NCBI GenBank assembly: GCA_044344255.1
Contig: JBIJDH010000001.1
Location: 512,001-576,000 of the forward strand
Reading direction: 5' to 3'
DNA from: Myxococcota bacterium
GTDB taxonomy: Bacteria; Myxococcota_A; UBA796; UBA2385
DNA: 64,000 nt
Shown: positions 8,225-17,942 of the stretch, piece by piece
How positions within the stretch are numbered: position 1 is the first letter of the stretch
How the letters are laid out: every line of letters begins with the position of its first letter
The notes under the pieces: generated by a model
Databases searched by the model: none
Told to the model about the DNA's origin: nothing
The model's input: the letters and a program-made list of their open reading frames with translations, nothing else
Translations under genes and position numbers: made by a program

Positions 8225-9703
8225 ATGGAAACCCCGCGGCGGCTCCACACCCCCCGAACCCTCTCTCGAGGCCTCCCGGCCCTCCTCCTCTGCCTGCTGG
8301 CCCTCGCGCTCGGCCTCGGCCTCGGCGCCGCGCCGCCCGAGCCGGGCGCCGAGATCAGCCTCCCTCAGGCCCTCACGGCGAGCTGGAAGCCCGGCCAGGC
8401 GGCGGCTGGGCTCGCCCAGACCTTGAGCCCGATGAGCCCGGTGCGGGTCGAGCTGCCCACCTGGCTGGCTCGGAAGATCACGGACGACACCGCGCTCTTC
8501 TATTTTTCGCCCACCTGTCCGCACTGTCGCCACATCATGCCCGAGGTGAAGTCCCTGCAGGGCAAGGGCGGGCTCCGGTGGCTCGGCGTCGCGGCCGCGG
8601 GGTCCTCGGAGGCCGATCTCGCCGAGTTCAAGGCCACCTTTCAGCCCGGCTTTGACATCCTCATCGACTCCGCCGAGCGCGAGGTGGGCACCACCCTCGC
8701 CGCCGCCTCCACCCCCTCGCTCTACATCGCCCGCCCCGTCTCCGGGGCTGACCTCTCCCAGGCGCGCGCCCCCATCGACATCATCGACGCCTGGTCCCCG
8801 ATGGGCCCGGGGATCGGCAGCGTGATGCTCATCCGCCGCCACCCCAACGACCCCTTCCGCGACTTCCAGGGCTACCTCGGAAACCGCACCTGCACGAGCT
8901 GCCACAGCCAGGAGGGCCTGTCTCACGCCCTCTCGCTGCACGCCATCGCCTATCGCACCCTCTACATGCGCGACCGCGCCGAAGACCAGGCCTGCGTGGG
9001 CTGCCACGTGACCGGGATGGGCCAACCCGGGGGCTTCGTCATCGGCGACCACAGCTCGATGTTGACGGGGGTGGGCTGTGAGGCCTGCCACGGCCCCTCC
9101 GGCCCCCACGACGGCAGCCCCACCGTCGCCACCGAGACCTGCGCCGGCTGCCACGACGCCGAGCACTCCATCGCCTTCTCCCTCGAGAAGGGCGTGCCGC
9201 TCATCGATCACTTCGCCGCCACCGGCATGTCCGAGGCCGACCTCCGCGCGCGCCTCGCCGCGATGGCCGACGGCAGCGCCGAGCGCCCGCTGCTCGCCTT
9301 CCCGAAGGGGCCGACGATGGGCGCGGAGTCTTGTAAGGACTGCCACAAGGCGGTCTTCAAGTCCTGGAAGAAGAGCCCCCACGCCGCCGCGATGAAGAGC
9401 CTCGGCGAGGGGGACGGCGCCAAGCCCGACTGCGCCCGCTGCCACGCCACCGCCACCGCGATGGGCGCCCTGCGCGAGGCCCCGATCACCCTGCCCGAGC
9501 TCCGCACCGACGAGGGGGTGGGCTGCGAGGCCTGTCATGGTTCGGGGGAGGCCCACGTCGCCGCCCCCTCCAAGGACAACATCATCGGGCTCGGCGAGAG
9601 CTGCCCCGAGTGTGTGATCGAGTCGATCTGCACGAGCTGCCACACCCCGAAGTGGGACCCCCGCTGGAGCACAGCGGAGCGGTTGAAGGCGTCCAAACAT
9701 TAA
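8225..9703 (+). CDS. Exported thioredoxin-fold (CPHC) domain fused to two cytochrome c554-like tetraheme modules (8 CxxCH)
   Basis: Hydrophobic signal; YFSPTCPHC; CTSCH, CVGCH, CEACH, CAGCH, CKDCH, CARCH, CEACH, CTSCH; GVGCEACHG occurs twice. Confidence 0.85.
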   Translation: METPRRLHTPRTLSRGLPALLLCLLALALGLGLGAAPPEPGAEISLPQALTASWKPGQAAAGLAQTLSPMSPVRVELPTWLARKITDDTALFYFSPTCPHCRHIMPEVKSLQGKGGLRWLGVAAAGSSEADLAEFKATFQPGFDILIDSAEREVGTTLAAASTPSLYIARPVSGADLSQARAPIDIIDAWSPMGPGIGSVMLIRRHPNDPFRDFQGYLGNRTCTSCHSQEGLSHALSLHAIAYRTLYMRDRAEDQACVGCHVTGMGQPGGFVIGDHSSMLTGVGCEACHGPSGPHDGSPTVATETCAGCHDAEHSIAFSLEKGVPLIDHFAATGMSEADLRARLAAMADGSAERPLLAFPKGPTMGAESCKDCHKAVFKSWKKSPHAAAMKSLGEGDGAKPDCARCHATATAMGALREAPITLPELRTDEGVGCEACHGSGEAHVAAPSKDNIIGLGESCPECVIESICTSCHTPKWDPRWSTAERLKASKH

Positions 9704-9745
9704 AATCAAAGTGACTGCATTAAGACAACTGACTCCGGAGCGAAG

Positions 9746-11200
9746 ATGAGTCGTGGCAGCATGAACCTCTGTCTGGTCGCCGCTGAGGTGGCCCCCTGGT
9801 CCAAGACCGGCGGCCTCGGGGATGTGTGCGGCGCCCTCCCCCGGGCGATGGCCCGCCGCGGCCACCGGGTCCTCGTGATCGCGCCTCGCTACAAGGACTA
9901 CCCCGACGCCTGGGACACCAGCATCCGCCGGCACGTCCACCTCTTCGGGATGATGCACGAGGTGCGGATCTTCCACGGGGCCTCCGAAGGGGTGCACCAC
10001 CTCTTCATCGACCACCCGAGCTTCCACCGGCCCGGCATCTACGGCGACGACCGCGGCGTCTACGGCGACAACCTGTTCCGCTTCGCCCTGCTCTGTCGGG
10101 CCGCCCTCGACGCCTGTCTTTCGGTGCCGCTCGACGGCGCGCCGCTCGGTGAGGACGTCGTCTTTCACTGCAACGACTGGCACACCGGGCTCCTCCCCCT
10201 CTTCCTCCAGTCGGTCTATCGGCCGGCCAACCGCTTCGTGCGGGCCGGCACGGTGCTCTCGGTCCACAACGCGGGGCATCACGGCGCCTTTGACGCGGGG
10301 GAATTCGCCGGCCTCGACACCCCGGGCCGCTGGTGGCCCGCCGCTGAATTCGGCGGTCGGCTCAATTGCCTGAAGACCGGCCTCGTGCTGGCCGACCGCC
10401 TCACGACGGTCTCTCCCACCTACGCCCGAGAGCTGATGGGCGAGCAGGGCTTCGGCCTCGAGAGCATCTTCCGCCAGCGGCGGGGCGACCTCTTCGGCAT
10501 CCTGAACGGCATCGGCCCCGAGTGGGACCCCGCCACCGACAAGCACCTCCCGGCCCGATACGACGTCGACCACCTGGACGGCAAGGCGGTGTGTAAGGCC
10601 GCCCTCCAGCGGGAGATGGGCCTGCCGGTCCGCGCCGACGCCCCGCTGCTCGCCGTGGTGGCCCGCCTCGACGCGCAGAAGGGCATCTCGCTCCTCCTCG
10701 AGGCCATGCCCCAGCTCCTCCGCCAGGACCTGCAGCTCGTCGTGCTCGGCAGCGGCTCGGCCACCTTCGCCGATCAGCTCCAGCGCTGGAGCGAGGCCGC
10801 CCCCCAGCGCCTCCGGGTGCGCATCGGCTTCGACGAGGGCCTCGCCCATCGCATCGAGGCTGGGGCCGACATCTTCCTGATGCCCTCTCGCTTCGAGCCC
10901 TGCGGCCTCAACCAGATGTACTCGATGCGCTACGGGACGGTCCCCGTGGTCCACAGCACGGGGGGCCTCGCCGACACGGTGCAGTCCTTCGAGCCGGGGG
11001 TGGAGCGGGGCACGGGCTGGGCCTTCTCGCAGTTCACCCCAGAGGCCTTCTTGAAGGCGGTGGGCTTCGCGATCATCACCCGCCGCGACCACCCGGAGAG
11101 CTGGCGCGGCCTGCAAGAGCGGGGGATGCGGCAGGACTGGAGCTGGGACCGCGCCGCGGCGCTGATGGAGCGGGTCTATCGCTCCACCACCCAGGCCTGA
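9746..11200 (+). CDS. glgA: Glycogen synthase
   Basis: KTGGLGDV, HCNDWHTG, TTVSPTYA, MPSRFEPCGLNQMYSMRYG, TGGLADTV. Confidence 0.95.
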   Translation: MSRGSMNLCLVAAEVAPWSKTGGLGDVCGALPRAMARRGHRVLVIAPRYKDYPDAWDTSIRRHVHLFGMMHEVRIFHGASEGVHHLFIDHPSFHRPGIYGDDRGVYGDNLFRFALLCRAALDACLSVPLDGAPLGEDVVFHCNDWHTGLLPLFLQSVYRPANRFVRAGTVLSVHNAGHHGAFDAGEFAGLDTPGRWWPAAEFGGRLNCLKTGLVLADRLTTVSPTYARELMGEQGFGLESIFRQRRGDLFGILNGIGPEWDPATDKHLPARYDVDHLDGKAVCKAALQREMGLPVRADAPLLAVVARLDAQKGISLLLEAMPQLLRQDLQLVVLGSGSATFADQLQRWSEAAPQRLRVRIGFDEGLAHRIEAGADIFLMPSRFEPCGLNQMYSMRYGTVPVVHSTGGLADTVQSFEPGVERGTGWAFSQFTPEAFLKAVGFAIITRRDHPESWRGLQERGMRQDWSWDRAAALMERVYRSTTQA

Positions 11201-12090
11201 GCCTGGCTCCGCCCCCTCCACCGGGCCCCGGCCTCCTCACCGTCCACAAGCCGGTCGGGCAGACCAGCCGGGCCAGCATGGAGGCCCAACGCCCGCCGGC
11301 CTGCGGCTTGCCGATGTGCCACGGCGGGGCCCTCGACCCCTTCGCCGAGGGCCTGCTGCTCGTCCTCTCCGGGGGTGCCACCCGCCTCTTCCCCCACCTG
11401 CACGGCGTCCCCAAGGTCTATCGGGCGACCCTGTCCTGGGGGCGAGAGACCGACACGGGCGACCTGCACGGGTTGACCGTAGCCGAGGGCTCCGCCGACC
11501 GCCTCGATCCGCCCCTCCTCGAGGCGGCCCTCCGCCGCATGGAGGGCTGGCAGGACCAGGTGCCCCCCGCCACCAGCAACAAGCGCGTCGACGGCGAGCG
11601 GGCCTACGAGAAGGCGCACCGGGGCGAGCGCTTCACCCTCCCCGCCGCCCGCACCTACTTACACGCGGCCCGCTGGCTGGCGCACCGCCTCCCCGACGAG
11701 AGCGAGCTCGAGGTCTCGGTGATCGGCGGCTTCTACGTCCGCTCCCTCGCGCGCGACCTCGGCCGCGACCTCGGGGTGCCCGCCCACCTCCGCCACCTCG
11801 ACCGGCGCGCGATCGGCCCCTGGACCGACCCCGGCCCCGGACAGACCGCCTCATTCGAGGGGGAGGCCCTGCTCCCCTGGTGCCCCGCCCGCCCCCTCTC
11901 CACCGACGAGCGGGCCCGCCTGCGCCTCCACGGCAGCCTCCCCTCCGCCGGCACCCTCCCCGCCGACTGGCCGCTGCCCGAGGGCTTTCCTGCCCCGCCG
12001 GTGCGCCTCCTCTATCGGCGCCGCCTCGTCGGCCTGGCCGAGGGGGGCGATCCCCTCCGCGTCACCCTGCTGCTCGGCGCGGGCCTTTAG
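11197..12090 (+). CDS. truB: tRNA pseudouridine(55) synthase TruB-like
   Basis: Motif I HKPVGQTS lies upstream of the first ATG (11278), so the start is extended to CTG at 11197. HGGALDPFAEG, KVY, TDTGD, QVPP..S.K..G.RAY, GFYVRSLARDLG. Confidence 0.75.
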   Translation: MSLAPPPPPGPGLLTVHKPVGQTSRASMEAQRPPACGLPMCHGGALDPFAEGLLLVLSGGATRLFPHLHGVPKVYRATLSWGRETDTGDLHGLTVAEGSADRLDPPLLEAALRRMEGWQDQVPPATSNKRVDGERAYEKAHRGERFTLPAARTYLHAARWLAHRLPDESELEVSVIGGFYVRSLARDLGRDLGVPAHLRHLDRRAIGPWTDPGPGQTASFEGEALLPWCPARPLSTDERARLRLHGSLPSAGTLPADWPLPEGFPAPPVRLLYRRRLVGLAEGGDPLRVTLLLGAGL

Positions 12091-12689
12091 GCGCCGTCCG
12101 ACGGATACAGCCACCGCCAGGCGACGCGGGTCGTCGTGGGCATCACGACCCAGGTCATCATCGGCACGACGATGAAGCCGCTCAGCGCCGTGCGCAAGGC
12201 GAAGGGGAGGTGGCCGATCAGGGGCGCGCAGAGGGCCGAGACGAGGACGATCAGGGGCGTGATCACGATCCAGGTGAGCACCGCCATCTTCCAGCGGGGC
12301 GGAGGGCCGGCCGTCACCCGGCCGGGCAGCGTGAACCAGGCGTCGAGGCCGGTCGCCACCTGGACGGTCGCAGGCACCTCGACGAGGGGCGCCACCCGCT
12401 CGAGGAGGTCGGCGAGGGCCGCCGAGCCTTGCCAGGTCGTGAGCGCCGCCTCCGAGGCGAAGCGGAGGACGATGACGTACTCCGGCTGCCCCACCCGGGG
12501 CCGGAGCACGGTCACGCCGCGCTGCCCAGGCGAGGTGGACGCGCGGCCCACGAGCTCGCTGATCCAGCGCTCCAGCGCCGCCTCGCGGCCCGGGCGCGCC
12601 CGCCGTGACACCACGAGGGTGACCTCGCTCGCCGCTCCGGGCGCGACCGCGGTCCCCTCCTCTTCCCACTCGGCACCGTCTACAGACAC
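12087..12689 (-). CDS. ABM (antibiotic biosynthesis monooxygenase)-like domain membrane protein
   Basis: VSRRARPGREAALERW..YVIVLRFAS..W, then GLDAWF, PPRWKMA and two C-terminal TM helices. Confidence 0.75.
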   Translation of the reverse strand: MSVDGAEWEEEGTAVAPGAASEVTLVVSRRARPGREAALERWISELVGRASTSPGQRGVTVLRPRVGQPEYVIVLRFASEAALTTWQGSAALADLLERVAPLVEVPATVQVATGLDAWFTLPGRVTAGPPPRWKMAVLTWIVITPLIVLVSALCAPLIGHLPFALRTALSGFIVVPMMTWVVMPTTTRVAWRWLYPSDGA

Positions 12690-12719
12690 ATCTGCTCCCG
12701 TTCCACGATCGCGCGTGGC

Positions 12720-13142
12720 TCAGCCAAACATCATCACCGCCGCCCGCAGCGTCATCCCCATCAACAGCAGGCTGCCCAGCGTGAAGACCGTGAAGCGCAC
12801 GACGATGACGTTGACGGTCGCCTGGATGAGCGAGTGGAGCACCCGGCTCGCCACATAGGCCCAAGCCAGGACCACGAAGACGTCATCGGAGAGGCCCGCC
12901 GCCTGGATCGTGAGGCAGAGCGCGTAGAAGAGCGTGGGCTGCTCGTGGAGGTGGTTGTAGTTGTCCGCCACCCGGCTCGCGGCGGGCGGGAGCTCGAGCT
13001 TGCCGCCCGTCTCCCCCAGCTTCTTCAGGTCTACCTTGGCCTTCTGCATCGCGGGGAGGCGCGTCGCATAGAGCCACCACCACATGAGCAAGGTCCAGCC
13101 GATGAGGCCGAGGGCGGGCGCGAGGGTCCCATGGGTGAACAT
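12720..13142 (-). CDS. MAPEG family membrane protein
   Basis: RVADNYNHLHEQPTLFYAL, LAWAYVASRVLHSL; four TM segments; GGAG before ATG 13142. Confidence 0.85.
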   Translation of the reverse strand: MFTHGTLAPALGLIGWTLLMWWWLYATRLPAMQKAKVDLKKLGETGGKLELPPAASRVADNYNHLHEQPTLFYALCLTIQAAGLSDDVFVVLAWAYVASRVLHSLIQATVNVIVVRFTVFTLGSLLLMGMTLRAAVMMFG

Positions 13143-13197
13143 CGGAGGCTCCGTCATTCGAGGGCAGGAGAGGTGGCCCGGCGGGGGCCGCGGGGGC

Positions 13198-13791
13198 TCA
13201 AGAGCGCGGGGCGTCCCCCTCCCAGCGGAGCCGCTCGCGCACTCGAAAGCCGTCGGGGACGGCGTATCGCCGAGAGGACAGGCGGCTCCAGCCCGGCGGG
13301 GGCGCGAGGGGCTCGCGGTCTCCAAGCAGCAAGACGGCGCAGCCGCCCGGCTTGAGCAGGCGGGCAGCGTCGGTGAGGAATTCGAGCGGCGGCTTGTAGG
13401 CGCGGCTGATGACCCCGTCGTAGGCCCCAGACTCGAGCTCCTCGCTCCGCATCCGACGCACCCGGGCGTTGCCGAGCCCGCCCTCCGCCACCACCTTCTC
13501 CAAGAAGATCGCCCTCTTCTCCCGGCTCTCGACGAGCTCCACCTGGGCGCTCGGACAGGCCGCGGCGAGGGCCACGCCGGGGAAGCCCGCCCCGCTGCCG
13601 AGGTCGGCCCAGCGGCCCTGGGCGTCGAGCTCGGCGACGGCCCCCGCCGCGTCGATGAAGTGGGGCTCGACCGGGCCGGGGCCGACGAGGTCCATGGCCC
13701 CCCGCCACTTGTCGAGCAGGCGCCGGTGGGCGGCCAGGGCGGGGTGCGGAGAGAGGGACGGGCTCGGCGAGGGGGCGGTCGGCTCACTCAT
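13198..13791 (-). CDS. rsmG: 16S rRNA m7G527 methyltransferase
   Basis: [25 protein letters not shown]; directly downstream of mnmG with overlap. Confidence 0.9.
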   Translation of the reverse strand: MSEPTAPSPSPSLSPHPALAAHRRLLDKWRGAMDLVGPGPVEPHFIDAAGAVAELDAQGRWADLGSGAGFPGVALAAACPSAQVELVESREKRAIFLEKVVAEGGLGNARVRRMRSEELESGAYDGVISRAYKPPLEFLTDAARLLKPGGCAVLLLGDREPLAPPPGWSRLSSRRYAVPDGFRVRERLRWEGDAPRS

Positions 13792-15629
13792 GTGCGCATC
13801 CCGGCGGCGAGGTGGATGGCGAGCAGGTCGATCGCCGCCGGGGTGATGCCCGGGAGCCGGGAGGCGGCCCCGAGCGTGGCCGGGCGGGCGGCGCGGAGGC
13901 GCTCGGCCACCTCGTGAGAGAGGCCCGGCAGGCGATAGTCGTGGCCGACGGGGAGGCGCACCCCCTCCATGCGCCGAGAGGCGGCGGCGCGGTCCTCCTC
14001 GCGGCGGAGGTAGCCCTCGTAGAGGAGATCGGTCTCCACCTGCTCGGCCACCTCGGGGGCCAGGGCGGGGAGAGACGGGTCTATCGAGCGGAGCGCGGCC
14101 CAGTCGGCCTCGGGGCGCCGCAGCAGGTCGGCGTAGCTCGCCTTGTTCTTGAGGCCCCCGAGCCCCAAGGACTGGAGCTGCAAGAGGGTGGCGGCGTCGG
14201 GATAGACAAACCGGCCGTCAACAACATGCCGGGCCTCGGCGATCGCAGCCGACTTCTGCTCAAAGCGCGCCCAGGCGGTCTCTCCCACGAGGCCGAGCGA
14301 GCGGCCGAGCGGGGTGAGGCGGCGATCGGCGTTGTCCTCGCGGAGGAGGAGGCGGTGCTCGGCCCGGCTCGGGAACATCCGATAGGGCTCGCCGCCCACG
14401 CCGCGTGTGATGAGATCATCGACCAGCACGCCGATGTAGGCCTGATCGCGCCCGATCGTGAAGGGCTGCCCCCGCGCGGCCGAGACCCCGGCGACGAGGC
14501 CCTGGGCGGCGGCCTCCTCATAGCCGCTCGTGCCGTTGACCTGCCCCGCCAGATAGAGGCCCGGCACGCCTTTGTGCTGGAGCCCGGCGTCGAGGTCACG
14601 CGGGTCGGAGAAGTCGTACTCGACCGCGTAGCCAGAGACGAGGATCTGGGCGGCCTCGAGGCCGACGATCGAGCGGACCACCGCCTCCTGGACGTCGGCC
14701 GGCAGGCTGGTCGACAGGCCGTTGACATAGACCCGCTCGGTCGAGAGGCCCTCGGGCTCGAGGAAGAGCTGGTGGCGGTCCTTCTCGGCGAAGCGCACCA
14801 CCTTGTCTTCAATCGAGGGGCAGTACCGCGGGCCGCGGCCGCTGATCTGCCCCGAGAACAAGGGCGAACGATGCAAGGCCCCCCGGATGAGCGCGTGGGT
14901 GGCCTCATTCGTGTACGTGATGAAGCAGTCCACCTGGGGCAGACGAGCGCCGCGCGGGGCGAAGGAGAATTGGCCGTCGGGCTCGAGGTCGCCCTGCCGC
15001 TCGACCCGCCCCCAGTCGATCGTCCGCGCGTCCAGCCGGGGTGTGGTGCCCGTCTTCAGGCGCCCGAGCCGCAGCCCCAGCGCCCGGAGGCTGTCGGAGA
15101 GGGCGTTGGTGCCGGGGTCTCCCACGCGGCCCCCCGCCTCCTGCCGCTCCCCACAGTGGAGGAGCCCGCCGAGGAAGGTGCCCGTGGTGAGCACCACCGC
15201 GCCGCCGTGGACGCGGCTCCCATCCGCAATCACGACGCCTGCGGCCCGCCCGCCCTCGAGGTGCAGCGCGGCCGCCTCCCCCTCGATGATCGTGACGGCC
15301 GCCTCGAGCTCCGCCGCCATCTCGGCGGGGTAGCGGTCGATGTCGACCTGCGCCCGGCTCGCCTGCACCGCGAGGCCCTTGCGCGTGTTGAGGCGGCGGA
15401 ACTGGATGGCGCAACGGTCGGTGACCCGGGCCATCACCCCGCCGAGGGCGTCGATCTCGCGCACGAGGTTGCCCTTGGCGAGGCCCCCCACCGCCGGGTT
15501 GCAGGAGAGGCGCCCCACGTGCCGCCGCTGCAGCGTGACCACCGCCACGGAGCGGCCGAGGCGCGCCGCCGCCAGCGCCGCCTCACAGCCCGCGTGCCCG
15601 GCCCCCACCACCACCACGTCGAAGCGCAT
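13788..15629 (-). CDS. mnmG: tRNA uridine-5-carboxymethylaminomethyl modification enzyme MnmG/GidA
   Basis: [69 protein letters not shown]. Confidence 0.97.
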   Translation of the reverse strand: MRFDVVVVGAGHAGCEAALAAARLGRSVAVVTLQRRHVGRLSCNPAVGGLAKGNLVREIDALGGVMARVTDRCAIQFRRLNTRKGLAVQASRAQVDIDRYPAEMAAELEAAVTIIEGEAAALHLEGGRAAGVVIADGSRVHGGAVVLTTGTFLGGLLHCGERQEAGGRVGDPGTNALSDSLRALGLRLGRLKTGTTPRLDARTIDWGRVERQGDLEPDGQFSFAPRGARLPQVDCFITYTNEATHALIRGALHRSPLFSGQISGRGPRYCPSIEDKVVRFAEKDRHQLFLEPEGLSTERVYVNGLSTSLPADVQEAVVRSIVGLEAAQILVSGYAVEYDFSDPRDLDAGLQHKGVPGLYLAGQVNGTSGYEEAAAQGLVAGVSAARGQPFTIGRDQAYIGVLVDDLITRGVGGEPYRMFPSRAEHRLLLREDNADRRLTPLGRSLGLVGETAWARFEQKSAAIAEARHVVDGRFVYPDAATLLQLQSLGLGGLKNKASYADLLRRPEADWAALRSIDPSLPALAPEVAEQVETDLLYEGYLRREEDRAAASRRMEGVRLPVGHDYRLPGLSHEVAERLRAARPATLGAASRLPGITPAAIDLLAIHLAAGMRT

Positions 15630-15672
15630 CGTGCCGATCTCCCCGCCCCTGCCTTGCCCCATCGGCGGGCCG

Positions 15673-16728
15673 GTGGCAAGCTCTCCCCTCCCCTCCCCTC
15701 CCCTCCCCTACTCTCCCCTTGAGCTCCCCCTGCGCACGCTGCCTGCCCTCCTCGCCCTGCTGGCCTGCGCGCCCCACGCGCCGGCCCCCCTCCCGCCACG
15801 GGTGCTGCCCGACTCCACCGACACGCTGAAGGGGGAGGTCATCTACGACGGGAGCCCGGCGGCGCGCACCCTCTCGGGGGACGGCGCCGCCCTCGTCCTC
15901 CTCTACGGCGGCGAAGAGAAGGGCTCTCTCTCCCCCTGCGGCTGCCCCGACCGCCCCCGCGGCGGCCTCCCCCGCGCCGCCTCGATCATCGGCGCCGTGC
16001 GCGCGGCGAACCCCGGCGTGCCCACGCTCCTCCTCAACGGCGGGGCCTGGCTCGAGGATGACATGGGCCTCGACGGGGAGCCGCGCCTCGACGTCGCGGT
16101 CATCAACCGCTGGATGGTGAGCGGGGTGCAGCAGATGGGCTACGACGCCATCAACCTCGCTTACCCCGACCTCTTCGCGCTGCACGACCAGGGCTCGCCC
16201 ACCGATCTCCCCCTCGTGAGCGCCAACATCGAGGGCCCCGGGGCCACCCCGAGCCGGACCTTCACCCTCGGCGCGCTGCGGGTGGCGGTCACCGCCATCA
16301 GCAACCCGAGCTCGGACTTCATCCCGACCCCCGGCTACACCCGGCACGATCCCGTGCGCGCCGCCGGCCCCCTGCTCACCGCCCTCGACGCCAACCACGA
16401 CCTCGTCATCCTCCTCGCCTGGGGAGATCAGGCCGCGGCGAAGGCCCTCGCCTTGCAGGGCCACGTCGACGTCGTCATCGACACCGACCAGCACAACGAC
16501 CACGTCGCCCCCTTCCGGGTGGGCAAGGCCGTCTGGGTGCACAGCCACCGCGAGACCCGCCGCTTGGGCGAGCTCCGCCTCGGCCTCGACGCCGCGGGGG
16601 TGGCCTGGGCCCACGAGCGGAAGATCGACCTCGATCCCACCGTCCCCGACGAGCCCGGCCTCGGGCGCCTCGCCTACCTCGCCGCCGAGGAGATCGAGCG
16701 GGTGCAGCGGCAGGTCTTCCCGCACTGA
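15673..16728 (+). CDS. Putative lipoprotein with degenerate 5'-nucleotidase/metallophosphoesterase-like fold and PCGC motif (start uncertain: GTG 15673 or CTG 15730)
   Basis: Lipobox-like [44 protein letters not shown]. Confidence 0.65.
   Translation: MASSPLPSPPLPYSPLELPLRTLPALLALLACAPHAPAPLPPRVLPDSTDTLKGEVIYDGSPAARTLSGDGAALVLLYGGEEKGSLSPCGCPDRPRGGLPRAASIIGAVRAANPGVPTLLLNGGAWLEDDMGLDGEPRLDVAVINRWMVSGVQQMGYDAINLAYPDLFALHDQGSPTDLPLVSANIEGPGATPSRTFTLGALRVAVTAISNPSSDFIPTPGYTRHDPVRAAGPLLTALDANHDLVILLAWGDQAAAKALALQGHVDVVIDTDQHNDHVAPFRVGKAVWVHSHRETRRLGELRLGLDAAGVAWAHERKIDLDPTVPDEPGLGRLAYLAAEEIERVQRQVFPH
15685..15719 (+). repeat. (CCCCT)5 pentanucleotide tract plus one further unit
   Basis: CCCCT at 15685, 15690, 15695, 15700, 15705 and again at 15715. 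Confidence 0.9.
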
Positions 16729-16783
16729 TCCTCCGCCCCTGACCTCCTCCACCTGAAGTCGATCGAGGGACCCGGCTGGCATA

Positions 16784-16800
16784 CTGAACACCCGTTCGGG
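16784..16800 (+). promoter_or_regulatory. Putative LexA (SOS) box upstream of the WYL regulator
   Basis: CTGAACACCCGTTCGGG matches 16/17 of the Myxococcus xanthus consensus CTRHAMRYBYGTTCAGS and overlaps a -10-like CATACT (16780-16785). Confidence 0.65.
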
Positions 16801-16865
16801 TTCGTCGGACAAATTCTCGCCACAGGTTGGCCGACGACAGGATAAGGCCGGGCTGGGAGTGCTTG

Positions 16866-17942
16866 ATGAACGCTGACGACCGAAGCCCACCCGGCCCTGC
16901 GAAGCCGCTCGCTCCAGACTTGCGCCGCGCGGTCCGAGAGCCCCGCCCCGCCGACGAGCGAGGGCTAAACAAGTCGCAGAAGTTCGTGCGCCTGCTCGAA
17001 GAGATGCAGGGCCCGGGCGGGGTCACCGCCGGCGAGGTCATGGCCCGCTTTGACCTCGATGACCGCACGCTGCGCCGCTACCTCGCCGATCTGCGGGAGC
17101 TCGGGCTCCCCGTACAAGCCGACGGCCGCAGCCACACCCGCCGCCTCTGGGTAGACGCCAGCTACCGCCGCACCGGCGTGCAGCTCTCTTTGCTCGAGCT
17201 CGTCTCCCTCCGCTTCGGGCGCGCCCTCTTCGACTTCCTCGACGGCACGGGCTTCGCGGCCGACATGGACGACGCCCTCGAGACCCTCTCCACCCTCGCG
17301 GTCGGCCCCGGCGCCGAGCACGCCCACGACCTCGACCGCAAATTCCTCGCGGTCCCCGAGCACCGGAAAGACCACAGCCGCGATGCGGACCTCCTCGAGG
17401 ACATCCTCACCGCCCTGCTCTATCAAAACCCTGTCCGGGCCCACTACCAGCGCATCGGCGGGCCCACCCGGGCCTACTCCCTCTATCCGTACACCCTCGC
17501 CACCTATCGGCAGGGCCTCTATCTCTTCGCCTTCGACGTGGAGGAGGGGAAGATCAAGACCTTCGCCGTCGATCGGTTCCGTAATTTCGAGCGCACCCGC
17601 GGCGAACACTTCCCCTACCCCGACGACTATGACCCCGCCGCCCTCGTTGCTGACTCCTTCGGCATCATCGGCGGCGCCAAGGAGGAGGTCTGCCTGCGCT
17701 TCAACCGGCGGGTCTCCCCCTACATCCTCGAGCGGGTCTGGCACCCGAGCCAGGCCCTCGAGCCCGAGGCCGACGGCAGCGTGCTCCTCCGCATGCACGT
17801 GGGCGCCTCTCCCGAGCTCGTAGGCTGGGTGATGAGCTTCGGCCCCGACTGTCGTGTACAGAGCCCCCCGAGCCTGGTCGAGCAGATCCGCCGCCTCCAC
17901 CGAGAGGCCGCCGAGGGTGTCGACCCCCTGGAGCGCCGATGA
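16866..17942 (+). CDS. HTH-WYL-WCX transcriptional regulator (PafB/C/YafY-like)
   Basis: HTH ..RTLRRYLADLRELG; WYL domain PYTL..YRQGLYLFA..KTFAVDR; WCX WHPSQ..ELVGWVMSFG..VQSPPSL; GGGAG RBS. Confidence 0.9.
   Translation: MNADDRSPPGPAKPLAPDLRRAVREPRPADERGLNKSQKFVRLLEEMQGPGGVTAGEVMARFDLDDRTLRRYLADLRELGLPVQADGRSHTRRLWVDASYRRTGVQLSLLELVSLRFGRALFDFLDGTGFAADMDDALETLSTLAVGPGAEHAHDLDRKFLAVPEHRKDHSRDADLLEDILTALLYQNPVRAHYQRIGGPTRAYSLYPYTLATYRQGLYLFAFDVEEGKIKTFAVDRFRNFERTRGEHFPYPDDYDPAALVADSFGIIGGAKEEVCLRFNRRVSPYILERVWHPSQALEPEADGSVLLRMHVGASPELVGWVMSFGPDCRVQSPPSLVEQIRRLHREAAEGVDPLERR

Noticed and set aside
9704..9745. AT-rich patch before glgA as a CRP site
   Set aside because: Only one weak half-site (AGTGA) matches; no convincing palindrome.
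7610..11221. Long antisense or alternative-frame ORFs (also 1..1422, 21510..26219 and many others)
   Set aside because: These are shadow ORFs typical of high-GC DNA; they overlap genes with clear motifs and have none of their own.
13198..15730. Replication origin near mnmG-rsmG
   Set aside because: I saw no DnaA-box cluster, AT-rich unwinding element, parAB or dnaA.
15931..15950. Selenocysteine in the PCGC motif
   Set aside because: Both codons are TGC; there is no in-frame TGA.
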